DNA of 35,748 nucleotides from Trypethelium eluteriae (Eukaryota): NCBI GenBank assembly GCA_051942245.1, contig JAVECL010000211.1, positions 1 to 35,748 of the forward strand, read 5' to 3'. Shown piece by piece: positions 1 to 9,833 of this stretch (position 1 is its first letter; each line of letters starts with the position of its first letter). The notes under the pieces were generated by a model. It saw only the letters and a program-made list of their open reading frames with translations, ran no database searches and was not told where the DNA came from. The position numbers and the translations under genes were made by a program.

Positions 1-1536
1 GGTTTGGAGTCGGAGGGGGGAGAGGGGTAGGCGGTTGAGGCTTCGTCGGAGGAGGAGCGGTCGAGGAGGTTGTCGATCGGGGTTTCTTGCTCCCCGCGGG
101 GTTTGGTGGTGTGTTGGGATTCTTCGTCTTCGTCTTGCTCGTCAAGGGTTTCGGAATCGTTGTCTTCATCAAGCTCCAGCGCTTCGAGAGGGTCGAGTTT
201 GGCCTGCTTAAGGCTGTCCCAGACCGTGCGCTTGAGATAAGACATGTGGGCTGTGGTAATGGTATCGGCCTTGCTGATGATAGGGATGACGGTCGTTTTG
301 CCTTGGAGTGAACGCAGGACCTGCAGATCAAGGTTTTCATCAAGACCGCTGAGGATACGTGAAGGCGCGGATGGCTTGGCGTTGGCCACGCCATTGACTG
401 ATTGACGAGCGGCCTGGACATTGGCATCGAGACGGATCGGATCGAGTACGAGGAGAACACAGTGGATGTGAGTGTCGCGGACACCGGGAGCTCGAACTAC
501 TTTTTGTTCCTCGAGAAATGTGTCCTCGAATTTGGACTCAATGAATGCCGACATGCCCCGTACCTGAAGGTCAACGATGCCCTCCTTCAAGCCGACTGAA
601 TCCCATATTGTCAATCCTATTCTCTCGCCATCGATATCGGTCTCGAGGAAGTGTGAGGTAAAGCCGGATTCAGGATAAGAGGTGGACGGAGGACTGGATT
701 CATTCGCTCGTTGTTTCTTCGATGCAAGAGACGTCCGAAGAAAATTGATAAAAGACGTCTTGCCACAATTCTTGGTCCCAATAACCATGATGCTGGACGC
801 GGTGTTAGTGAGTATCAGTCAAGCAAGAGCTTGAGAGTTTGGAAGCTTACTTAAAAGGTGTAGGATCTTTCCTCCGACGCACGCGTCTTGGGCTGTTGAA
901 GTTGCTGACTGCACTGCTTGCATAGCTGTATCGACTCCGATGGGTCATGCTCTCGGTGCGCGCATAGGGTTCGACATATCCTTGACCTTGACCTGGAGTA
1001 GTGGGAACAGGCGGGACAGGGACCTTGGCATTAGGGGGACTCGAGCCGTACATGTTGGGTCGAAAGGCAAGGTTTTGTTGTTGTTGCTGCTGTTGATTGT
1101 AACCCCCACCGGCTTGGTTCGAAATAATGGCCACAGAGTCCGGTCGGACGCCTTCACCGCCAAAACTGTTGATGACGGGTAGTGGTGTGTGTTTGGGTAG
1201 GCGGGGTGGTTGTCGTGGAATGGCAGCTGCCTCCTGTTCTCTCCGCAACTGCTCCTCCCTTTCGCGTGCCTTCTGTTTGCGACTCATCTTGCCGGATGAG
1301 ACTTTGCGCACCTTGGCCGGCTCTCGCTCTGTCGACTTGGAACGTCGCAAAAAGCTGAAACTCGTCCTCCTCGGCGGCGTTGTGTCTCTTCGGGCCGGAC
1401 CGTTGGCTCCGTTGGTGTGCAGTGGGAAGTCTGACGGTGCAACGCTGGGATACGCGGTGCTATAGCCGTACACGTTGCCGGTTGGAGGCGAGCCTTTGCT
1501 GGCCGTAGGAGGCCGTGGAGGTGTGAAGTTTTGCAT
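1..1536 (-). CDS. aspE: Septin, AspE/group-5-like, with a long Pro/Gln-rich N-terminal extension (3' end runs off the window)
   Basis: Exon 1 is 1536-851, then an intron 850-793 (GTAAG..CTAAC..CAG), then exon 2 from 792 to <1. Spliced product reads PTPFNIMVIGTKNCGKTSFINF (P-loop), LTIWDSVG (G3), DTHIHCVFLVLDP and VIPIISKADT (septin G4). Confidence 0.88.
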
Positions 1537-2429
1537 CGCGTCTATGGATTCAAGACAGTGATTTAGCTTGATCAGCTACGCGCCAGCAGGGGACCGGAGA
1601 TTGGCTGCGACAACGGGCGGGCGTCGTTCGTCCAAGCGTTGCAGGGAAGATAATGACGACGATATACGGAGGTGGTGAGATTGGGTACATCAATTCATGT
1701 CAATCGCAGACTGTGATGCCACGCGACTGCCTTGGGACTGGTGCAGCATGGCTACTGAGTGGGAACGTCAGCGGGCGAACGACTTGGGAAGCATCGCACA
1801 CGCATTCACCATAGAAGAAGTCGAGCTACGGAGTCCGGGGAAGCTTGCGAGGCGTTACGGTTAGTAGCAGCAGCTGGTTGGCTGATTGAGATGCGCGGGT
1901 AATTGAAGGGTCTTGCGTGAGACTAACCCCGGCCGCTAAGTCGTCGTCAGTGCTGACTTGAATATTACGCTTCGCTCAGAAATAATTATAGTCACGGTTT
2001 CGGTGGCAGTTATACCAGTAATTTTTGCGTCTCTCTCTGTAACTACGACTACTTTTTGTTACTTCCATCTTATCGCTTTGCGTACCCATTCTCAACGTAA
2101 GAAAATACCGTAGCATACAGCTTCTTTGTCACACTCGGAGCAAAAGCGTCAAAGTTGAAAGTGGGGCCGATTAAAAGGGCCCTATATCTGCTCAATCTGA
2201 ACGTTGGGTGGATCCTCAGACAGCAGGAGTCAGCAGAAGACTACGGAAATGATTATAATCAGCACGGAGGATGAGATATTTCGGCGTCTACATCGGTATT
2301 TTGGAGGAGAGAATACATTTACCCTAAATAGATTGGATTGTAAGGTATTGTGAGCCGGACAACAGCGCTGGGAGGTTACAAATATATGGAGGGTTATATA
2401 TATACATCAGCCCTGAGGCTAAACCTCTT

Positions 2430-2570
2430 TTTCACGGCGTTAATGAGGAGACTGATTTGGTATTTGACTCAGCAGCTTACGCGAAATACCTCGCTATTAT
2501 AAAGCCTCTACTTGACCATGGAATAGATGCCGACTGCTAGAACATGGACGGCAGGTCCCCCTCAATGGAG
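2430..2570 (+). pseudogene. Degenerate ankyrin-repeat fragment
   Basis: The frame of ORF 2544 reads DSAAYAKYLAIIKPLLDHGIDADC*NMDGRSP. This resembles one ankyrin unit (AA..G..EIVKLLLDHGADVNAQN.DGRTP) with an in-frame TAG at 2538. Confidence 0.5.
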
Positions 2571-3271
2571 CATTCCGGAGCAGAGGTTTTGGTGTACCGA
2601 GAGGTTACTTCCATTGCCGATCAAGCTTGGAGAGTGATCTTCAAATTGCTAAAGGACTCGAAAGATTTTCCAAGTGCAAAAAGACCGCTCGAGGAACTAT
2701 TGAACTTCTTTTACCGATTGAAGAATTTTATATTCCAAATGAGTTGAAAACTGTTACGCCTCTACACCGCACGCCAAATTACCTTACCCATCAATAGCGG
2801 CCATGAGCGGCAAGAGTTATGAAGAGATAAACATCACTGTATTGGGAAGAGAGTAGATAGACGAGATTATGAGAATCTCTACGACTGTTAGTCATCAGTT
2901 TCAGATCAAGAAGCGCAGAGACCAAGGAATGGAAGGACATTTATTTGCGACCCGTGCAGGGAAGCAACTTATTGCATATTTCGTCAGCAGGCACGTCCTT
3001 ATTGAGTCTGAGGAGAGAGGCTTCTGCAGCGGGCAAAGCCGCCTGTTTCACTTAAGCAAGCGACAATCCTTATGAGCTGCCCTCCGTATGGCGATTGCTT
3101 ACAGTTAGTCGGAGCTGTAAGTACTACCCTCAGCCTAATTGTATCAATCCTTGACCGCTCTGAGAAATGACTAGGAATTAGGTAGCGCTAGTATCCAACA
3201 CTCGCGATCAATACCTTAAGCAGTCGGCCTATTGGATACATGATATTACTTTTCGTAATGGATTTAGCGAT

Positions 3272-4553
3272 CTACTCGGAGAGGCTTTTGGTTGATAATG
3301 TGTCCTCGTAATTACTGTCATGATCCGCAGTGCGCTTTGCTGCTCTCTGCTCTTGCTCAATGTATCTTGCTTCATCACTTGACCCAAATTCTTCGGGTGG
3401 TGTCTCCGATCGTTTCCTCTTTTTGACCTCATGGGCGAAGGAATGCTTGATCAGTGATTGTTCTCGCCGTACTTTGCTCTCTGCTGCAGCAAGATATTGG
3501 CAGAGCTGTATCCCAGAGACGCAAATTTCTGTATCTTCATCTCCCATCTCGTCCTGTACAAGTTCTTCACAGGCGAAATCGCTGAGCCGGAGCCGTACGC
3601 CTGGATGGTTGATAGGGTTTCCTTCATCGTCACGGAAAGCCTAGCAGGAATGTCAGAGCGTCTGGAACGAGTTAATTTCGCGAGGATTTAGCCTACCTCG
3701 TCCGCGGCCTCTTCCACTGCTTGTAATTCAGACCCATCAGCAGTGTCGAATAATCGTGGCCGCCATATCGAGAACGTTGCTTTCCGTGATACCTTCTTGC
3801 CATACCCTATATCCAGGCCGACAACAGCCCGTATGCTGGTATCTGAATCTAGAAGATAGTTTTCAGCTAACCGGCCTAGGCGCTTCTTTTTCTGCGAGTA
3901 TGCGACTTCGATAACGACACCCGGATATTCTGCATTGTCATGCCAGAATGACGCATCTGGCTCGTATTCCGATTTGCTCGATGAATCGCCAGTGGCGATA
4001 CGTATAATGGTCGATCGAGCTGGTCGCACTTTCTGCGCGAACTGAGCCCTTCTGCCTGATTCGTTACGTATCGTTTTCAGCTGGCTTCGAATCGCATCCT
4101 CCACACCATCAATAAAGAGCTCATGTACCCCAGAAGGCATGCGAACGAATAGTCTGCGCTTATCTGCGTCGTAGTCATAACTGCCGAAGTCCTCTGTTAG
4201 CTGTGGTCTTTGCGGTCTTTGAAGCCCACTCACCGTATCTTGTCTTTCACGTAACCCCCAAGGACATCGTCTTGCTGGAGTGTGCTCTCTATCTCCTCGT
4301 ACTCTCCTCGTGCGAGCTGAAACTCTATCCACGTGCCTTGTTCGAAGCTCCTTCCTGCTTGAATTTGTCTGAAGAACGCAATGACGCGCAGAGGCCCTCC
4401 CAAAGGCTTCTTGTCGATTGACGGAGGCGTCAAAGGCTGGTTTGTAAAATTTGAGGGCGGCGTTACCTGCTGATGCTGCGTTGCGTCCGTTTCCGACATC
4501 GACATAGCCGTACGCTGTGCTGCATCGTAAAGATGTTCGACAACTGTCGCCAT
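3272..4553 (-). CDS. Putative PD-(D/E)XK restriction-endonuclease-fold protein (Uma2/DUF820-like fungal family), about 390 aa
   Basis: Exons 4553-4234, 4180-3697 and 3640-3272, with introns 4233-4181 (GTGAG..CTAAC..CAG) and 3696-3641 (GTAGG..CTGAC..TAG), splice in frame. Motifs: RMPSGVHE, EPDASF and VVIEVAYSQ; basic KKRKRS near the C-terminus. Confidence 0.75.
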
Positions 4554-4882
4554 CGCTGACGGATTGTCCGAAAGCTGGGTGCTTTGGTTGACTCAGCAAC
4601 AACGCCACGCATCTTGCTAAGCGGATGTGGCTGGTGACATTAAACCAAATAAAAGTTAAATTAGCTTACCTTTTTCAGGATTCTGCGCTGGAACCCCAAT
4701 GTGACGCCTTTACAACACTATAGCAGATGTTAAGATATGCAGACAGCCTTAGTTGCTTAAAATTGAAATGCTAGACTTTGTACCCGAACTGGCATCTGCT
4801 TCATGTATTCCTACAAGAGCTATAGAACTCCTATTGAAAATCCACAGGTTTTTAAGCGTGACAATTGTGGTTTAGCAACGTC

Positions 4883-5300
4883 CTAATACATTCGCGCCGC
4901 TGGTGCCCTTGATAGCTCTGGAACTTCGCTCCTCCGTGCTACTTTAGTCTCTGGCTTTTACATACCTCGCTCTAGATCAGCACTCTTGCGCTTACGACCG
5001 CGTTTTACCTTGCCCGAGGATGTTTTCACTTTCGCAGCACGTTTCGCCCGTGCCTCCTTGAGATCTCCATAGCTCATTACCTTCGCCCTCTCTAGGATTA
5101 CTGATTTTGTTGACCGACGAATTTTAGCTTTATTATATACCTTAAAAAGCAATTGATTTTGATTATGGAGGAGGATCTGTTTAATAAAGGATATTTAGAC
5201 AGTACTGGCGAGTTTCTGTACATATCTTTGTAGGCGCTAGGGATCACAATAGGATCCCTAATGAGTCCTCCTCCAACTCCTTTTATGCTATATATTCTAG
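4883..5300 (-). mobile_element. RIP-inactivated C-terminal fragment of a pogo/Fot1-type (Tc1/mariner superfamily) transposase
   Basis: Reads DP*RLQRYVQKLASTV*ISFIKQILLHNQNQLLFKVYNKAKIRRSTKSVILERAKVMSYGDLKEARAKRAAK...GRKRKS...*KPETKVARR...RAPAARMY*, matching the fungal pogo-like transposase tail. Stops TAG (5239) and TAA (5197) sit where Gln codons are expected. The region is AT/TpA-rich. The upstream boundary is approximate. Confidence 0.8.
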
Positions 5301-5888
5301 ATGTTGCATTTACTTTATCTTATTCTGTTTACTTCTTACCATCTATCTAATTATGGTGAATTTGAGGGGGTAAGGCTAATTGGCTTTAGTAAGACTCCGC
5401 ACGGGGCGGTCACTACAGTAACAGAGACGCTAAACCGTCCTTCAATATACGAATAAAATACCATATCTCCTCCTGTTTATCACCTATTCATTCTGGCTTC
5501 TTTACCGAGTGATACACAAATGCTACATAGAGCAATCTACGTCACGAATGCGGTCCAGTTGTCAGACATACCGTTGGGCAGACGTTAACGCTAATGTCTG
5601 CAAATACACAAAAGCCTCGCGCCCAGCCAATCATCCACCCCCCTATCTACTACTGGCTTTGTATCTCCCACGGAGTCGCAATCATGTCTTCAGGCGCGGC
5701 ATGCGACCGAGATAAAGCCCACGCAACTCCTATCACGACGACCTCAGCTTCTTCGGGGTGCGGGCACCAAACGCGATCATCGCAGGAATCGACGGAGTGG
5801 CTACGTCTACACAGCCGACTATATACCTCAAAGCGATCCTAGCAAGACAAGTCTGCTTTGGTCAGCAGTCTTGTTGGCCTCCCACAGG

Positions 5889-7064
5889 ATGTCTTCGAAC
5901 TCAACCTCACATCGAAAGGGCAGGTCTGGCATCGGAGGAGTGTCTAACAAGGGCGGCAAGGCTGCAGGGAATACATTATAGGCAAAAGGGTACGCTGGTC
6001 AGGTTGCGACTCCAATCGCGCCTGAGAGCGTTAGAGATACGGAGGATGTCCTTACTGAAGGGAACACGGGGAAGACGAAAACGATCAGCCCGCGGAATCC
6101 TGGATTCGACGAGCTCGTACTTCTACCTCGTCGAATTTGCATTGATAGAGCCCGGGATATTCGCCCCTACCCTTACAAGCATTTCGGCACCGAGAAGCCT
6201 GCCATGGGAACGCAGATCCAATACAAGGGACTCGACAGTATGGCTGGGGACAATATCTGGTTGGATAACATTGATTCGAAGGCGACTGCTGAGGATTACG
6301 TAGCCATGCAGGAGGCTGATTTTTGTGAAGAAGAATACGCAACGTACGCCAAAGAGCACCTTCTTAGGGGAGAGCGACCTGCATACTGCACGGAAAACCA
6401 GCGCCAATGGTTCCCAGCGCGGATGACGCAGCTCAGGTCAGCTCCGTCTCTTGGAGCGCATTGGGCTCCTCCTCCTCTTCTACCGGCGTCCAGCAGAGGC
6501 GTGACGGATACGGCAGAACATGGCTTTGATCTACGGCCTGACTGTGCTTACTGGCTGTCCTTGAGGAGCTTCAACGAGGACTACGGATTCCATGCTCGGA
6601 ACGTGGCGTTTGTTAATAAGGAAGTTACCTGCCCATATCTAACCATCGAATTCAAACGGACCGACACTAAAGAAGAGGAGGCCCATAGACAGGCTGCGGC
6701 TGCAGGGTCATTGGCACGGTACAATCGCTATATGCTCCGCAAGGGAGCGGTCAGTGCCTTGGGTCGACAGTGGTCGGAGGACGATACTGCGAATATAAAG
6801 CATTATGCTTTCACTTTTAGTCGGACCGATTGCACTATTTGGGTCTTACACATGCATAGCGACACAGATGGACAATGGACAGGATGCGAGATGAATTACT
6901 TGCAGAGCCTTAATTGTAGAAAGGCTCGAGAGGTAAGGGAGTTAGTAGACTGGATCAACGAGATTCACCGATGGGCGTCGTCAAAGCATGCGCCGGCCTG
7001 CGAGAACGATATAAAAACAATTTTCCAAGCTGAGGAAGTCGAGACGTCTGAGATTATTTATTAA
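5889..7064 (+). CDS. Putative PD-(D/E)XK nuclease-fold protein (RPD...CPYLTIEFK family), with one in-frame TAG near the 5' end
   Basis: ORF 6204-7064 contains LRPDCAYWLSL, CPYLTIEFKR, RQAAAAGSLARYNRY and WINEIHRWA. The same frame stays open upstream to 5595 except for one TAG at 5979. A plausible start is ATG 5889 (MSSNSTSHRKG). Confidence 0.65.
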
Positions 7065-7614
7065 GATGTCATTTTCTCTTAAGGTGTTGTAAACGACTCA
7101 CATAAAACCTTTCTAGATTTACGGCTGGTTAGATTTAATGAGTTCTGTAGTGACACATGCTAGGACATGGACGTTTGACGTATCCAGAAATGGTGCGAAA
7201 AGAAAAAAAATCTACATTTTGTTCCAGGCCAAACTTCAGAGTGCTCGCAGAGCTTGGCAGAACCTCACACGGCTCTGAAGACTGCATCTCAGTAGGTCCA
7301 TGGAAGCTCAAGCTTCGCCTCCGAAATCTGCTTTCGAAACCCTGAGCTCTCGTCCACCACTTGGCTAGTCATAGTTTGGTACCTCAATCTCAATTCTCAC
7401 AAGCTGAAGGAAGCGCTATAAGCACTGTTACAATACATATTTTCGACTATATCAAATGAACGAGTGCGTTGTTTAGTAGAAGTCTAGAATACATTTCCCA
7501 GCTGGCCAACAAGCTTCATGGAACCTGTCCATTTCCGCTAACACCCCGCTCACTTAGCTGGCACGTGAGAATGCTGTTGATCGAATGGCCCAAGGGCCCC
7601 ATATAGCCTTTCTT

Positions 7615-8233
7615 TTAATGCGGCTTGCCGGCACACTGGGTGCAATTGGCACATGGAAAGGCACAGTCGCCAAAATTACCGCTCACAACCTTCGCCGTGT
7701 TGTGGCAGTGCATGGTGAAAGCTCCCAGAACTTGATCGGTGTCACTTGGATGTGGCACGGAGGAACTGAGTTGCAGACACTGATTGGGACCAAGCTCTGC
7801 CTTCCTAGAGTCGGGAGTGCCCTGAAGAGATACACGTTAGCCGCTTTCTTGCCAATCTACTTTCTTTCGATTTTCTTCAGAATGAGAGAGCAATTCTTAC
7901 GCAAGCATCGTCGATGGCGGTTGTGTCACCTGGGTCGCACTTGCCAATGATGGCGCATCCAGCGCATGCGGTAAGCGTAGAGATGACACCCGAAGCAATG
8001 ACCGAGCCCTCACAGACAGCATCGACCCCTGGGACTGGTATGACAGCACATGCTACAGCGCCTGCTGCTGTGGCGGCGACTGCACCAAGACAACCCCCAA
8101 TATTGCATGGAGGCCCACCTCGCTCTTCAACAGAGGCCTCAGCGCGCCGTTGTGAAATATTTTTGGGAGGGTGGGAGCTCGAGAAGGCAAGCGTCGCGCT
8201 CGCGAGGATTTGAAGAATACAAGAGCCTTTCAT
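7615..8233 (-). CDS. Small secreted cysteine-rich protein, 179 aa; N-terminal part resembles the fungal CBP-like 6-Cys helical pattern
   Basis: ATG at 8233, signal peptide MKGSCILQILASATLAFS, then a propeptide with QRR/EER. Intron 7900-7822 (GTAAG..CTAAC..CAG). Exon 2 (7821-7615) reads GTPDSRKAELGPNQCLQ...HCHN...GDCAFPCANCTQCAGKPH*. There are 14 Cys after the signal peptide. Confidence 0.75.
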
Positions 8234-9833
8234 GTTGATGATAGTCGAGAGTTGAGGGAAATAACGTAATTCTAAGATAGTTGAGTCTGTAAAGCAATTG
8301 AGAGTCTGTGTTTTGAAGATGAGGTTTTTGAGGTATGAAACCACAGCTTTTATACTTAATCAGTTCCATAGTACCACGGCTTTGCAATGTCTGCTCATCA
8401 TTAGGATCAGTATGGCCACGACAAAACCACATCGTATCCAAAACCTCAAAATTCATCAGAGTGAACGGCCGAGAAGGTGTTGTACGTGGCAGTATCATGG
8501 GCTTTCGAATTGAGAAATGAGGATCGCGAACATTCTCACCCTTAAGTCGAAGTACGTGGATTCTCTCTAGCGCAATTCATTGATGGCTGAACGTAGAAGC
8601 ATTGGACAATGATCGTCGTTGGTTGGTATCAGTGGCTTATACAATCTTCCACGCCAATACTGATCATGGCAGAGGTCAGACAATTATTCGTCCGGCCAAG
8701 AGTGGAGCATGTTGGATATATTCCTTTTAGGACGTCATGTTAGTATGTTTATCCGGAGGCACTTGAAGGTGTAAATACATACAGATGAGACTAGACAAGG
8801 GGTTGGTCGTTGCCAACAGCCCCATCTGGATCCGCTCCACTCCTCGGCCGACTCCATCCTCCTCGCTACGAGCGGCAATAAATCATAAGCGCACCGCATC
8901 TTGACAGCTGCCAATTCTTTGCGTTAGCTTTACGATGCAGAATGTGGATCTTTTGCGCAGACTGTCAGCTTGTGGCGTAGCATTTTGCCGTAAACCGTTT
9001 TTCTTCTTTGGCTCAACGCAAATTGCCTGTTCGTTAGACTCAGAATGCGTATTTCTCGAGCTCCCTAAAAATCCTGATGATGATATTAGAGATTTCTTGT
9101 CGATAGAAGCAGTAATTATAGGCTGCTGAAAACTTCTATCCACTTCTAGTGGTGAATCTGATGAGTTCTGTCGAATCGTGCAGGTTTCTGTGCTGAGGCA
9201 ATTCGTATGCATGCACCATACCTATGTTGTAGCTCGGCCGGCTGACTCTTCCTCCTTCCTGTCGTTTAGCTCTCTGTTTACTTGATGCAAAGATAAGACC
9301 ATAGCTTACCACCTGTTCTTGGCTATACTCTGCACGGTGCCAAGAGATAACAATGCTCTATGCATTTCAGTCACTCCGATTCCTTACCTCATGCCAGATT
9401 TGCACTGATCTACGCATAAGGCTACGCAAAGGCACTGACTGACGCTCTCCCTGCAACCTTTCACTGAATTCATAGCGTCGGAAGAGCAGGGACAGCGAAG
9501 GTCGCCTGCAATCTGTCCCTAAAGATGTGAGACGTCCCACAAGCGACAAGTTTGGGAAAATAGCTCTTACGAGGTACCAGAAGAAATGGAAAGGGGGGCA
9601 GCAGAAGAAACAAAGGAAGAAAGAGAGAAAGAACCGACCGAAGTAGTGGCTAGAAGTCCCATTACCCTTCCGTAAGAGCCGAGAGACACTCAGTGAAAAG
9701 TTTGGGCACCTCCATTGTCCACGAGCCCTGACCAGATATACCTTACCGCGGTTGAGGGGTGCCTCGACTGGTGATCAATAAAAATGATATTTCAGCTGGT
9801 TCTTTCTTCTCAATCTCTCGCCTGTTACCAAGC

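Noticed and set aside
1073..1095. CAA/CAG poly-Gln tract in the septin N-terminus
   Set aside because: Ordinary low-complexity coding microsatellite.
3688..4608. 306-aa ORF as a single-exon gene
   Set aside because: Its N-terminal half is off-frame read-through; canonical introns join three exons into a more coherent protein.
8500..9800. Short ORFs in the gap between the secreted protein and the RBM5-like gene
   Set aside because: All are under 110 aa with no motifs or consistent splice signals.
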